64,000 nt of DNA from an uncultured Gammaproteobacteria bacterium (GTDB taxonomy: Bacteria > Patescibacteriota > Patescibacteriia > Patescibacteriales > UBA12465), in NCBI GenBank assembly GCA_964408775.1, contig CAYPAP010000001.1, forward strand, positions 21,404 through 85,403, read 5' to 3'. Shown here piece by piece: positions 49,365 through 60,298 of this stretch (positions are counted from its first letter, which is position 1; each line of letters starts with the position of its first letter). Made by a program: the position numbers and the translations under genes. The notes beneath the pieces were generated by a model. The model was not told where the DNA came from and made no database searches. It saw only the letters and a program-made list of their open reading frames with translations.

Positions 49365-51347
49365 TTATTGCACCCGACCATCATTACTAAATGAAGCGAT
49401 GATATCATCTTCCAATTTACTAGTCTTAACATCGGTTTGTTTATTAATAATTCCCTCTGTTTCAACATCAAACGCTGTAAGATTTGAACCTGATGATAAA
49501 ATTATTATTTTATTATACTCACTTTCGGTAGGAATTATGCCTATATCAAATTCGGCTTTAATTTCATAAATTCCTACTGGCCAACGATTTATAGTCCAGA
49601 CAACATTGTTATTTTCTATATCAAAACTCAGATTTCCAGCATTAACATTAAAATTATTTTCCCAAACAACATACTTTGGCAAAGGAATCTCAATCTTAAC
49701 ATCCCTAAGTTCATGCAAACTATTTTTTATAGTCCAATAATATCTAAATGTAGTTTTTTCACCCACAACCGGAGGAAGCGGGCCAGAACCAACAGGAATA
49801 TTGTCCTCATCAAAATAGAGGACCTTTTCTTCTAAAGAAAGATTGCTGTTTAATTTATTAATAATAATATTGCTGCGATTATCTGTTAAACGTCCGCTGT
49901 CATCGACAAAATCATCTATATTACCAACACTAAATTGAGCATAACTCTTTACTTCTAACTTCTGACCAACTTCGAATCTTTTGAAATCAGCCACTTTGAT
50001 TGAAAAGCTGATTTCACCCCCCTGCCCTGGCTCTAATTCTTTTAATTCTGGCACCTCACGAAAAGTCCAATTAATAGTTTTTCGACTAACATCTCCTTTT
50101 CTTGGGTCATCTAAGCTGGTCCAATCCAAGAAATCACTTTCTAATACTGCCATAATAACCAAATCCTTCATATCCTTATCACCCTTATTGGAATAACTAA
50201 TAACATACTCTAATTCCTGACCAAAATTAACAGGAAAATCGCTAGAGTTATCATTAACAGAAATATTCAAATGCAAATCACTCTTTATAGACTCTAGAAA
50301 TAATTTCCTATCTAAAAAAACAAAATCCTTTTTATTTTCATCGACATATTTCATTCCCCAGGAGATAAACTCTTCCCCTGCTTTTTTAGAGTTAGCCTTA
50401 TACTTAAACTCTAAAGAAGTGCTAACACCGTTTAACGGTCTAACTTTAAAATTATTATTATCAATTTTTTCGATTTCAAAACTATCATTAGATTTTTCCA
50501 AATCAATACTCTCGATAGAAATATTATCTAAATCATTAAAACTAATAATAAACTCATTAATATTGACAATATTAAAATTATTTATATTTATTTTTAAAGG
50601 ATATTCCTCTCCTACCAAGACAGTATAAAAATAATCCTCAGAAATAGAAAAAGGTAATGAACTAACTGCAATTGAATTAAAATTTTCCTTACTAAAACTA
50701 GAAGATAGGCCGCTAATTTCATAGCCGGTCTTAACTGATAATAAATTATTTAACCCTTCTTGATTGATAATAATCCCCCTTATCTTTATTTTTCCACCGA
50801 CCTTAGAACCTAGAGTTTCTATATTCCAGAGATGATCATCACTAAAAGATTCAATGGAATAAATCTCTGATAAAATAAAGTTCTCGGGATAAGTAACATC
50901 CAAGACAACGTTATTTAAAGTGTAATTACTATTATTTTTATAATCAATTTCATAAAAAAACTCCTCTCCCAGGACAACGCGCTCCGGAGCAGTAATATTA
51001 ATCTCTAAAACCGAAGAAAAATCCTTAGAGCTTCTCATATAATTCAAACCCCAATAAATAAGGCCAGCTAAAATAGCTAGGAATAAAAAGGCATAAAAAA
51101 TAGAGAACCAAAAACTTCTTTTCTTTTTAATTTTAATGGTTTTGAAATCAGGCATATCACCATCATCACTGTAAATATCCATCAAATTATCATTGACCTC
51201 ATCCTTAGAAAGCCTATTTTTCCCAGATGGAGTAAGTTGCTCGTCAGGATTATTTTTTTCATCAACAACAACGCTTGGGTCTGGTGAACTCTCCTCTATT
51301 TTATGCTTTCTGAAAACTAGTTTACTAGATCTCTTTTTGATTTTCAT
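49365..51347 (-). CDS. membrane-anchored protein with Ig-like (DUF11-like) domains
   Basis: single TM; GEEFFYEIDYKN and GQELEYVISYSNKG repeats; GSGPLPPVVGEKT. Confidence 0.75.
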   Translation of the reverse strand: MKIKKRSSKLVFRKHKIEESSPDPSVVVDEKNNPDEQLTPSGKNRLSKDEVNDNLMDIYSDDGDMPDFKTIKIKKKRSFWFSIFYAFLFLAILAGLIYWGLNYMRSSKDFSSVLEINITAPERVVLGEEFFYEIDYKNNSNYTLNNVVLDVTYPENFILSEIYSIESFSDDHLWNIETLGSKVGGKIKIRGIIINQEGLNNLLSVKTGYEISGLSSSFSKENFNSIAVSSLPFSISEDYFYTVLVGEEYPLKININNFNIVNINEFIISFNDLDNISIESIDLEKSNDSFEIEKIDNNNFKVRPLNGVSTSLEFKYKANSKKAGEEFISWGMKYVDENKKDFVFLDRKLFLESIKSDLHLNISVNDNSSDFPVNFGQELEYVISYSNKGDKDMKDLVIMAVLESDFLDWTSLDDPRKGDVSRKTINWTFREVPELKELEPGQGGEISFSIKVADFKRFEVGQKLEVKSYAQFSVGNIDDFVDDSGRLTDNRSNIIINKLNSNLSLEEKVLYFDEDNIPVGSGPLPPVVGEKTTFRYYWTIKNSLHELRDVKIEIPLPKYVVWENNFNVNAGNLSFDIENNNVVWTINRWPVGIYEIKAEFDIGIIPTESEYNKIIILSSGSNLTAFDVETEGIINKQTDVKTSKLEDDIIASFSNDGRVQ

Positions 51348-51417
51348 ATTCTTTAATTAAACAATTTAAATTAAAATTAGGAAAAATAATATAAATTGAT
51401 CTTATTAATTATTTTAA

Positions 51418-54066
51418 TTATTTTAACATAATAACAAAATATCTATCCTTGTCCAAAATATTATTCAACTCTATCTGCCTCAAATTACCACTAATGTTAT
51501 CGGGATAAGTCCAAGCTGGATCCAGATTTAAGTCAGAGGAAAATGATACATCCAGAGAGGAGTCTCTAGATCCTGGTTGCTTCTGCCATAAAAGAGAATA
51601 ATTTTGACTAGGATCTTTAGGAAAAATTTTATTCAAAATACTATAATCATCCTCCAATAATAAAGAGTGAAAATTATAGGGTAACTTGTAAATAATTTCG
51701 ATAACAGCATCGTCTCCTGGGTCAGTAATATTCCAATTAGCAAAAACTGTTTTGCCATTCTCTTGGTAAATTTTGGTTCCGCTTAAAGGGTCGATCTCAG
51801 CGCGATACTCTGTTTTCTCTAAAGTGCTATTTTTTTCGGTTTCCACATCCAAGGTTTTAAAATATTTATCCTCCAAAGAAGAGAAGCCTTTGGCACTTAC
51901 TAAAGAGCTACCCAGTGGAACATAGGTTCTTAGCCAGTTAACATTTCTAGCTCCTGAGAACAAGTCTCCCCTAACCCCCTGATGGCTTCTTTGAATAGTT
52001 AATTTATTTAAAATATTACCAGCCTCATCAATTTCAACCTCTAGACTAAAATTATTTTTAATAAAATAATCTGTTTTTCCACCAGCCACACTAGAGTTTA
52101 CAACCAATAGATAATCTAAGGGTGAGTCCTTAACTCGACCAGCCCAAGATCTCTTTTCAATCTCTGCCTGCATTTTATCATTAACAAAATAAAGTAAAAT
52201 ATTCTTATTACTCAAATTTTCCTCCATTACCTTCAAACTCCCAATTAATAAATTCTGACTAAAATTACCAGAAAATTTTTCTAAAATCTCGGCAATTAAA
52301 TCGCCAATTATTTGTTTAGGTTCATTTCTTAAAAACAATTCTTCCTGCTCACCCTCTTCAGTCTCTTCAATCTCTTTAATATTTTCAGTCTCCCCCAACT
52401 CATCCTCTTTGACTTCAGTAGTAGTTGATTGCGAAGTCGTGGAAACTCTTTCTAAAATATCTGTTTTTAAATTTTTATCCTGATAAACCTCTGGCTGACC
52501 AATAACCTCAACTATTTCCTGAATAATTTCCCAGAAATTTTCCGAATCAACTACCACTCCATATTTTTCGTTTAAATCAACCGGGCCAATAATTTTTAGC
52601 ACATCGGCTAAAACATCTGGGGTCAGACTTATAACTCCATCAACGCTAGGACCTCCGCTTCTCTCATAAAACCACATTAAATTCTGTGCTGACATTTTCC
52701 AATCGGGCCACCAATTAGCATCCCAAAAATACCAAATTGGTTTAACCAGGTGAAGTGGCTTAGGAGATTCTACTAAAACCCTCATACCGCCTTCAGTATC
52801 ATAAGATCCTCCTGGAGGAACCTCAATATTTTTTATTTTACCCCTCTTTAAATCAACTAAAGCATAGCTACCAATAAATCCTCCAGTAGCTCTAATTTCA
52901 GCATTATTCTGAAAAACAACTAAATATCTCTTATCGCTATCAATAGCTAAAAAATCTTTTAGTCCTGGTAGCATCTTTCTAAAATCAGACAAGTTTTTCT
53001 CTAAAACCGCAGAGGCCTCTTTTATGGAAGTAAACTGATCCAAGTACTCAACTGGTATAGATTTGTCCCTAATTTTATTTAAATATTTATTAACATTTTT
53101 AAAGTCATCTTCAACTTTCTCAAAATAATATTCAAAGTCAGAAAACTTACCAGAAACATCGGTTTCTCCCTCAGAAAAAGCCAGGATGAGACTATTCATA
53201 GCCAGGGAGAAATTATCTCCAGCCGATGACAAATGTATACCAATTTGAGCTATTTTTTTAGACTCTGATGCCAACCTCACTTTTTCGTCTCCAGAAAAAG
53301 ATGCTAGAGCGACCATAAATTCATCCATCTTTTTTAACTCCTGATCTAATAATAAAAAATTTTCTCCGGCCTGAAAAAAACTTCTCTGAGCCAAACCTAA
53401 GTCTAGCTGAGAAATTTTATCTGACGCGACCATAAAATCATTTAACGCCGAAGATGATAAGCCCCATAAACTATTTTGAAATTTTTCCTCCACAACAAGC
53501 TGGTAATAACTAAAAATCTTAAAAGGCACAACTAATAAAAAAAGTATTAATACAAAGAGCCATAAAGGTCTTTTTTTCTTGGTTATAATAGCCTTGCTTC
53601 GAACCTTCATGGAAATACGATTTTTTCTAAAACCTCCCTTTACTCCGGCATCGCCGCTCCCTCTTCCTTTTAAGAAAAAAATGTTTTTTTCTAAGAAATA
53701 CTGAATATCTAATAACCAGTCAACAAAAAACCAAACAAAATTTATAAGAAATTTAAAAATTAAAAAAAACAAAGAAAAAATAGATGTTTTTTTAATATTT
53801 TTAAATAGCCTTCCCTTATTACTATCTATTTCTTTTTCAAAAAACAAGTATTTTTTAATATTGCTTTTGAAATTCTTAGGGCTGGAAGGGCTTTTAACTG
53901 CCCTTTTAAGATTGAAGGATGGGATTTTATTTTTTTTAGATAATTTTTTAGGAGTGTGACGATAAGCACTAGTTTCAGGAGTATTGTCATCCGGTCTCAA
54001 ATCCAAAACAAAGCCCGAAGTCTCCAGCTCAGATGATATTTTTATTTTATGCTTTTTTGTTTTCAT
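51418..54066 (-). CDS. DUF4012 domain membrane protein
   Basis: YLVVFQNNAEIRATGGFIGSY, DANWWPD, LRTYVPLGS, QKQPG. Confidence 0.88.
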   Translation of the reverse strand: MKTKKHKIKISSELETSGFVLDLRPDDNTPETSAYRHTPKKLSKKNKIPSFNLKRAVKSPSSPKNFKSNIKKYLFFEKEIDSNKGRLFKNIKKTSIFSLFFLIFKFLINFVWFFVDWLLDIQYFLEKNIFFLKGRGSGDAGVKGGFRKNRISMKVRSKAIITKKKRPLWLFVLILFLLVVPFKIFSYYQLVVEEKFQNSLWGLSSSALNDFMVASDKISQLDLGLAQRSFFQAGENFLLLDQELKKMDEFMVALASFSGDEKVRLASESKKIAQIGIHLSSAGDNFSLAMNSLILAFSEGETDVSGKFSDFEYYFEKVEDDFKNVNKYLNKIRDKSIPVEYLDQFTSIKEASAVLEKNLSDFRKMLPGLKDFLAIDSDKRYLVVFQNNAEIRATGGFIGSYALVDLKRGKIKNIEVPPGGSYDTEGGMRVLVESPKPLHLVKPIWYFWDANWWPDWKMSAQNLMWFYERSGGPSVDGVISLTPDVLADVLKIIGPVDLNEKYGVVVDSENFWEIIQEIVEVIGQPEVYQDKNLKTDILERVSTTSQSTTTEVKEDELGETENIKEIEETEEGEQEELFLRNEPKQIIGDLIAEILEKFSGNFSQNLLIGSLKVMEENLSNKNILLYFVNDKMQAEIEKRSWAGRVKDSPLDYLLVVNSSVAGGKTDYFIKNNFSLEVEIDEAGNILNKLTIQRSHQGVRGDLFSGARNVNWLRTYVPLGSSLVSAKGFSSLEDKYFKTLDVETEKNSTLEKTEYRAEIDPLSGTKIYQENGKTVFANWNITDPGDDAVIEIIYKLPYNFHSLLLEDDYSILNKIFPKDPSQNYSLLWQKQPGSRDSSLDVSFSSDLNLDPAWTYPDNISGNLRQIELNNILDKDRYFVIMLK

Positions 54067-54071
54067 TAAAA

Positions 54072-55235
54072 TTAACTTAAATAAATTTTATGAGTTGCAA
54101 AAGCACATTCCCACCAATTATACTTTTTTTGCTGATCATGGCCAAGAGATATTAACTTTTCCCTTAAGCTTGTATCGGAAAATATTTTTTCAATTTTATT
54201 CAAAAAGTCTTCCTTATCCCTTGGGTTAAAATAAATAGCAGCCTCTCCCAAAATTTCAGGCATACTACCGGCATTAGAACTTAAAACTGGGCAACCTTTA
54301 GCCATGGCTTCAAGCGGTGGCAATCCAAATCCTTCATATAAGGAAGGAAAAACATAAACCAGAGCTTTTTTATAAAAAATTTCCAGCTTATTATCTGGTA
54401 CATAGCCAGCAAAAATAACTGGGTTTTCTGGAAAATCAGCAAAAACACTATCAGACAGATCCTTTAGCTCTTGGTAGAAATAATCTTCCCTCCCAACTAA
54501 AACCAGTTTTAATTTATTATTTCTTTTATGCAAATCTAAAAAACTAGTAATTAAAAAATCTAAGTTTTTATGAGGATAGGCATTACCGACATATAGAACA
54601 AAGGGATCCCTAATCTCATAATCCCGCAAAACATTGGAACTATTTAATTTAGCAACAAACAAAGAGTCCTGCCCTTTCGACAAATTAGAGACACCCTCAT
54701 ACACAACGGAAATTTTGTTTGAATCAATTTTAAACTGTTCAATTATGTCATTTTTAGTAAACTCTGAAACTGCTATAATATCCTTACTTTTCTTTAAAGC
54801 GTTTTTAATCACCAATCGATATCCCCAGTTTTTAATCCTGTAAATAATGGGATGGAGAGTTGTAGCTCTAATAGTCTTAAATTTAGTTAGAATTAGATCG
54901 TGGATAGTAACAACAAATTTAGTTGGGACAAAAAAAGGAACATTAAAATGAGGAAAATGTATTAAATCTAGTTTCTGACGCCAAATAAAATAAGGCATCA
55001 AAAATTGCTCCTTTAAGGTATACCACCGAACTTCAGCTAAAACCTTTTTAACATTTTTATAATCATCAATTATCAGCTCATCGAAATTCTCCTTTCGCAA
55101 AAAAATGACATACTCATTAAAATCATCTAGTCTTAAAATATTATCAACGATCTCCTGAGTATACCGGCCCAGCCCTTTCCCGATAGGACCATAAAAACGA
55201 GCATCTATGCCTATTCTTTTTTTGTTATTTTTCAT
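54072..55235 (-). CDS. glycosyltransferase family 4
   Basis: [29 protein letters not shown]; start at 55235. Confidence 0.93.
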   Translation of the reverse strand: MKNNKKRIGIDARFYGPIGKGLGRYTQEIVDNILRLDDFNEYVIFLRKENFDELIIDDYKNVKKVLAEVRWYTLKEQFLMPYFIWRQKLDLIHFPHFNVPFFVPTKFVVTIHDLILTKFKTIRATTLHPIIYRIKNWGYRLVIKNALKKSKDIIAVSEFTKNDIIEQFKIDSNKISVVYEGVSNLSKGQDSLFVAKLNSSNVLRDYEIRDPFVLYVGNAYPHKNLDFLITSFLDLHKRNNKLKLVLVGREDYFYQELKDLSDSVFADFPENPVIFAGYVPDNKLEIFYKKALVYVFPSLYEGFGLPPLEAMAKGCPVLSSNAGSMPEILGEAAIYFNPRDKEDFLNKIEKIFSDTSLREKLISLGHDQQKKYNWWECAFATHKIYLS

Positions 55236-56664
55236 TATTTTTTTCAACTTCAACATCTTCGCTATTATTATTATCTTTCCCTTTCTTATTTTTAGTGATG
55301 AGATCTTCTTTAAATAAATCATCCTCTAAAGAATCTGAGTCGCTAACATCATCCTCAAAGGCCAAATTGACCGGTGGTTTATATTTTTTAGCCGGGGTCT
55401 TTTGGACCAAGGGGGCATTAGATACTGATTCCACTGGAAAATGCCATAATGTCGCCAATTCTTCGATATTTAACAAAAAGGCAGTTCGACCAGCCCAATC
55501 GTTTCTGTCTATATAATTATTCATAATATTATTTTTTCTAGCTATCAATCTTGGCCCTTTATTAAAATAAGAAACCTTAGTTGCGGTTAGCTTTAAGTCT
55601 GGCTTAAGTCCATTTAAATCTAGAGCGGAAAACTGTTTAATGTAGCCAATAAATCCGTTAACCACTTTAGCCTTATTCATAACCTCTTTTTTGGATAAAT
55701 AAACCACTCTGACCTTGCATAAAAATGCTAATTTTGCAGACTTATTCTCAATGGCCTCTATTTTCTTTTTTTGCTTAGGGGTAAGTTCCATCATGGATAA
55801 CTTTTTAAAATCATCTTTTTCCTTATCACTATCAATATCGCCCCAAATAGAATAAACCATCTCGCTCAGCTCTCCCATAATATTAATAAAGCCATCTATC
55901 ACTTTGTTTAAAAAGGTTGTCTCTGGTTTTTTACCTAAAATCTTATCAATTTCGCCTTTGCCATCGTCAACCCAATCAAAGCCAGTAGGAATAACTATAA
56001 TCTGATATAATAAATTCTCACCCTGACGCAAACTACTGCACAACTCCATTAACTCAGCCATGGGATCCCTAAAAGTAAACTCCTCGTCCCCTAAACGGTG
56101 CTCAAACTCCTGATAAGTTTTTATAGGATACATATAATGAGCAGAGGGAATGAATTCTGCGCCCCAAACATCATAATCATCGTCAGGGAATTTTCTAGGA
56201 AAGCCATCGCAATAATCATCAACTTCCACAATTTCAGCCTCAGGATATTGAGAATAAACTGCTGACTCGACCAAGCTCCTAAACTTTTCTGGAGTTCTAA
56301 TTAAAAATTGTGTATAACCATCCAGACTAACTATTTCAAAACTAAAAGATAGTTGATACTCGCCTAGAAACCATTTTTCAAAAAAATTCTGAGTAGAATG
56401 AGCTCCACCAAAATAAGTAAATAGATTCTCCACTGCCTGAGGTGATTGCATATTTCCTCGAGGAATGTCAATGGCCAGTAAAATAAATTTTATATCCTTC
56501 CCCCACTTCCTCTTTACACTTTTGAGCCATAAAATACTAGCAGCCCATAAAAACATAATACCAAAAATAATCCAACCGAAATAGGCCATAAAACGCCAAA
56601 GCATTACATCTGGAGGCAGAGCAAAAAAAGCTTGAATAGGGGCAAAATCAACTACTATTTCCAT
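55225..56664 (-). CDS. conserved hypothetical membrane protein
   Basis: 479-aa ORF with N-terminal TM; FSFEIV, YSQYPEAEI, YPIKTY, LNIEELATLWHFP. Confidence 0.75.
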   Translation of the reverse strand: MEIVVDFAPIQAFFALPPDVMLWRFMAYFGWIIFGIMFLWAASILWLKSVKRKWGKDIKFILLAIDIPRGNMQSPQAVENLFTYFGGAHSTQNFFEKWFLGEYQLSFSFEIVSLDGYTQFLIRTPEKFRSLVESAVYSQYPEAEIVEVDDYCDGFPRKFPDDDYDVWGAEFIPSAHYMYPIKTYQEFEHRLGDEEFTFRDPMAELMELCSSLRQGENLLYQIIVIPTGFDWVDDGKGEIDKILGKKPETTFLNKVIDGFINIMGELSEMVYSIWGDIDSDKEKDDFKKLSMMELTPKQKKKIEAIENKSAKLAFLCKVRVVYLSKKEVMNKAKVVNGFIGYIKQFSALDLNGLKPDLKLTATKVSYFNKGPRLIARKNNIMNNYIDRNDWAGRTAFLLNIEELATLWHFPVESVSNAPLVQKTPAKKYKPPVNLAFEDDVSDSDSLEDDLFKEDLITKNKKGKDNNNSEDVEVEKNNEK

Positions 56665-56732
56665 AAAAAATAAATAATTATTAGCTTTCTACATTTTAGC
56701 ATATTTATTTTAAAAAACCAATAAGCAACAAA

Positions 56733-56764
56733 AAAACAAAGACCATTCTGATAGTCTTTGTTTT
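56733..56764 (-). terminator. intrinsic terminator
   Basis: AAAACAAAGAC...GTCTTTGTTTT. Confidence 0.65.
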
Positions 56765-56786
56765 GTAAAATAATATTGTTTATTTT

Positions 56787-57818
56787 TTAACTAGCCATGC
56801 TCCAATCTTTTAAACCATAAACACCTCTGTCGGTCAACACATATCTATCATCTAAAATTAGCTCATTATGGACCGAGCCACTACTGACTTTCTTCTTGTC
56901 AAAACCAACTTCATTTATTTTGGTGGTTATATCAGTAAAATGAAGTGGTTTTTTTTCATTTTTTAAAACCAGAAATATCTTGTCGGCTATTCTTTTAGGC
57001 TTAATTTCAGACCAATCATCGTGCCCCCAAAATCCAAACTTATTAGGATTAACATCCTTAACTGCTTGCATAAAAGAATAGAATGGCTTATTTTTATTAA
57101 TTATATCGGCCCATTCTGGAAAAACATCATCTTTGAATATCGCTTTTAAATCTAGGTCACTTTTATCCTTAACAATCTTATCGCTATGCAAAGAAAATGA
57201 TTTTAAATTTTTCAAGACATTAACCAACTCTTCAAACTCTAAAACCTTTTTAGCTCCGTCTAGCTTGCTCTTAAGCTCATCAACAATATTATCAAAATAA
57301 TCAACTGTTTGATTTTTTAACTTGAAAAAGGGCGAAAATTTATTAGATTTATTAACTTTTTGGATATGATCATCTAATAACTCTGATAAAAGAAATTCTA
57401 AATAATTTTTATAAGACTCTCTGTCCAAAGAACCTCCATCTTGCTCGATCTTAACGGTCATAACTGTCAAGATGTCTAACATAAAATTCTTTTCCATGAT
57501 TCCACCATGCTCGTCCAACAGCTTACTAACAACCTCGCGAACTGATTCTAGACGTTTATCCAGGTCGTTAATGCTTTTAATTTTCTTTAAACTGGCTCTT
57601 TCAATTTGGCGAACCCTTTCTCTGGTTAGATTATAAGTTCGGCCAATTTCTTCTAAGGTTTGATAATTATCTCTTCCTAATGCAAAACGACGAGATATAA
57701 CATCCCTCTCACGATCTTGTAATTCATCTAAGATGCTATTTACAATATCAACAGCATTTAGTCTGATTAACTCCGCTTCTTTTTTCTCCTTTAACAAGGT
57801 TTTTAGTAAATTTTCCAT
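56787..57818 (-). CDS. sigma-70 region 4 plus HARE-HTH (RNAP delta-like) domain protein
   Basis: RERDVISRRF...TLEEIG..YNLTRERVRQIE; C-terminal PLHFTDI...VHNELILDDRYVL..RGVYGLKDW. Confidence 0.85.
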   Translation of the reverse strand: MENLLKTLLKEKKEAELIRLNAVDIVNSILDELQDRERDVISRRFALGRDNYQTLEEIGRTYNLTRERVRQIERASLKKIKSINDLDKRLESVREVVSKLLDEHGGIMEKNFMLDILTVMTVKIEQDGGSLDRESYKNYLEFLLSELLDDHIQKVNKSNKFSPFFKLKNQTVDYFDNIVDELKSKLDGAKKVLEFEELVNVLKNLKSFSLHSDKIVKDKSDLDLKAIFKDDVFPEWADIINKNKPFYSFMQAVKDVNPNKFGFWGHDDWSEIKPKRIADKIFLVLKNEKKPLHFTDITTKINEVGFDKKKVSSGSVHNELILDDRYVLTDRGVYGLKDWSMAS

Positions 57819-57870
57819 ATATAAAAATTAAATATAACTACCTATATTAAAACATAAATTAAATAATAAG

Positions 57871-58923
57871 TCAAGACCTACTCATAAAACCCTCTATTCT
57901 AGCTGCCCCAGTCATATTATCCTTTAAATACAGGGATTTTCTTTCTATATTGGGTCTCAATAGCCTAAATTTTATTAACTGTTTATTTTGGAAAAAATAA
58001 CCATAAACAATAAGCGAAAAATACCTAACCCTTGTAAAAAATTTAACTTTACAAGAAAAGGGCAAATCTTCTATTTTATAAAATACTATCAATTGGTTTA
58101 AAAACGACCTACTTCGGCCCAGGTCAAGACTGGGCTTGAGTAAAATAGCTTTAATTTTGCCACCCAGAGAAGATAAGGTTCTGTGATGATACATTTTTAT
58201 TTCTGGAACGAATAATATTTTCATCTCAGCCAACTGCAAGCGATAAGAAAGCTCTACATCCTCTTTATACATAAACATTAATTCATCGAAGAATTCTAAA
58301 TAGCCATCCTCTCTCCCATAGGCTACTCGAGAAATTTTTTTCAGATCTAGAGCTGCTCCAGCTCCAGTAAATCCAAAAACCTTTTCCTCTTTAAAAATAT
58401 TTTCATTAAAAACTTTACCCTGGCCTCTATCAAAAAAATAATGACCCTTAGTTAACCCCAGGCCACAGCTATCGATAATATTTGTTTTTTTATTATCTTC
58501 AAAATCCCAATAAAAAATTAAAGGAGATAAAACAGCAACATCGGGATATTCTTTAAACTTAGAAATAAATCTTTCAAGAAAAAATTCATCTAATAAGACA
58601 TCTGGATTTATCATAATAATTTTATCAAATCCATTTTCCAAAGAATAGTTAAACATTATATTATAAGACTTAGCGAAACCCAGATTCCCCTGCCCTGACC
58701 ATATTTTATTTTCTATATTATTTTTATCAAAAAAATCTAATAATATTTTTTTATTATCAACAAAGGGTTCATCGCTATTATCAAAAGAAAAAACTGAAAA
58801 ATTTACTTCATCGCCAAAATTAGATTTGGCAACCTCAATGGCCCGATTCAAGCTCGGCAAAAAATAAGGCAAATATTGTAGAGAGGCCTGATTATAGGTA
58901 ATGAAGGCTACAGCTATTTTCAT
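57871..58923 (-). CDS. glycosyltransferase family 2
   Basis: DNS, NLGFA, INPD, FFDELMFMYKEDVELSYR. Confidence 0.9.
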   Translation of the reverse strand: MKIAVAFITYNQASLQYLPYFLPSLNRAIEVAKSNFGDEVNFSVFSFDNSDEPFVDNKKILLDFFDKNNIENKIWSGQGNLGFAKSYNIMFNYSLENGFDKIIMINPDVLLDEFFLERFISKFKEYPDVAVLSPLIFYWDFEDNKKTNIIDSCGLGLTKGHYFFDRGQGKVFNENIFKEEKVFGFTGAGAALDLKKISRVAYGREDGYLEFFDELMFMYKEDVELSYRLQLAEMKILFVPEIKMYHHRTLSSLGGKIKAILLKPSLDLGRSRSFLNQLIVFYKIEDLPFSCKVKFFTRVRYFSLIVYGYFFQNKQLIKFRLLRPNIERKSLYLKDNMTGAARIEGFMSRS

Positions 58924-58946
58924 TTTTTTATAATTAGCACATAAAC

Positions 58947-58970
58947 AATAAAGCGCCGTAGCGCTTTATT
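58947..58970 (-). terminator. terminator after rpsI
   Basis: AATAAAGCGC-CGTA-GCGCTTTATT. Confidence 0.8.
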
Positions 58971-58986
58971 TTTGTGTATATGAGTA

Positions 58987-59502
58987 TTAACGTTTTGACC
59001 ATTGTGGCGCCTTGCGAGCTTTTTTGAGACCAGGTTTTTTTCTCTCTTTTTTTCTGGGGTCTCTAGTAACATAGCCACTAGTTTTTAAAATTGACTTTAA
59101 TTCTGGATCTATCTTAATAAGAGCCCGAGCGATACCATGCCTAACAGCGTCTAATTGTCCTAAAATACCGCCACCCTTAACAATAACAGAAATATCGAAG
59201 TCTTTGATTTTAGAAACAGCTTTTAAGGGTTGCAGGGCAATATTAATATTATCTTCTTTTTTAAAATACTCTAATCCCTTTAAATCATTAACAACTAAAT
59301 CACCAGATCCCTTCTCATACAATCTAACCTGAGCCACAGAAGTTTTTCTCCTTCCAATAGCCTGAATGTATTTACCAGAAAACATTTTCTTGGTAGAATC
59401 CTTAGCTGTAGTCTCTTTCTTTTCAACCACCTTCTTAACCTCTTTTTTTTCAGCAGTCTTAGAATCTTTAGTAGTTTTAGTAGATTTTTTAGTTTCGCTC
59501 AT
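58987..59502 (-). CDS. rpsI: 30S ribosomal protein S9 with N-terminal Lys/Thr/Glu-rich extension
   Basis: GRRKTSVA, GGG..GQ, RDPRKKERKKPGLKKARKAPQWSKR. Confidence 0.97.
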   Translation of the reverse strand: MSETKKSTKTTKDSKTAEKKEVKKVVEKKETTAKDSTKKMFSGKYIQAIGRRKTSVAQVRLYEKGSGDLVVNDLKGLEYFKKEDNINIALQPLKAVSKIKDFDISVIVKGGGILGQLDAVRHGIARALIKIDPELKSILKTSGYVTRDPRKKERKKPGLKKARKAPQWSKR

Positions 59503-59547
59503 TTTATTTAATTTAATCAAATAATTAATAAATAAATTATTTAATTA

Positions 59548-59904
59548 TTATCTAATAATTAATCTTTTTAAAATATCTTTTCTTAATCTGGTAGGAGGCA
59601 ACATCTCTCTAACAGCTCTCTTTAAAACATCTCCCGGATCCTTGGCAAAAACGTCTTTCATCTTTTTTTCCTTTAGACCACCTTGGTAACCAGAATAGCT
59701 ATAATATTTTTTTTGATCTATTTTTTTACCAGTAAATTTAACTTTATTAATATTAATAACCTCGACAATATCACCTAAATCTAAGTGGGGCTGAAATTCG
59801 GGTTTATTTTTACCACGTAAAATAGTGGCAACCTGAGTTGCTAAACGTCCAATTGTTTGTCCCTCAGCATCAATTTTATGTAGTTTTCTTTCAATATTTT
59901 TCAT
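59548..59904 (-). CDS. rplM: 50S ribosomal protein L13 (short form)
   Basis: IDAEGQTIGRLAT, LRGKNKP, SGYQGG, AVREMLP. Confidence 0.96.
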   Translation of the reverse strand: MKNIERKLHKIDAEGQTIGRLATQVATILRGKNKPEFQPHLDLGDIVEVININKVKFTGKKIDQKKYYSYSGYQGGLKEKKMKDVFAKDPGDVLKRAVREMLPPTRLRKDILKRLIIR

Positions 59905-59929
59905 ATTTATATTCTTTATTATTAAAAAA

Positions 59930-60280
59930 TTAAACTAATTCAATCTGGACCATTTTAGCTCCGTCTCCCTGCCTAGGGCCAATCTTAATAATACGACAAT
60001 AGCCACCCGGTCTCTCTTTATATCTATCACCTAGAACCTCCATTGCTTTTTTTATAGCTTGGGGTTGCAATAAAACCTTTAACAAATTTCTCCTAGAAGC
60101 TAAATCCCCTTTTTTAGCGGTTGTAATAATTTTTTCTAACATCGGTTTAACCGCCTTAGCCTTAGCTTCAGAAGTTTTTACTTTTTCGTAAATAATAATA
60201 CTAGAGGCTAGATTTCTCAACATTAACTCCCTAGCTTCCTTGGTTCGATCTAAAGTTTTTACCTTATTCTTATGTCTCAT
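59930..60280 (-). CDS. rplQ: 50S ribosomal protein L17
   Basis: MRH, RPGGYCRI, RQGDGA. Confidence 0.97.
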   Translation of the reverse strand: MRHKNKVKTLDRTKEARELMLRNLASSIIIYEKVKTSEAKAKAVKPMLEKIITTAKKGDLASRRNLLKVLLQPQAIKKAMEVLGDRYKERPGGYCRIIKIGPRQGDGAKMVQIELV

Positions 60281-60298
60281 AATATTAATTAAATTAAA

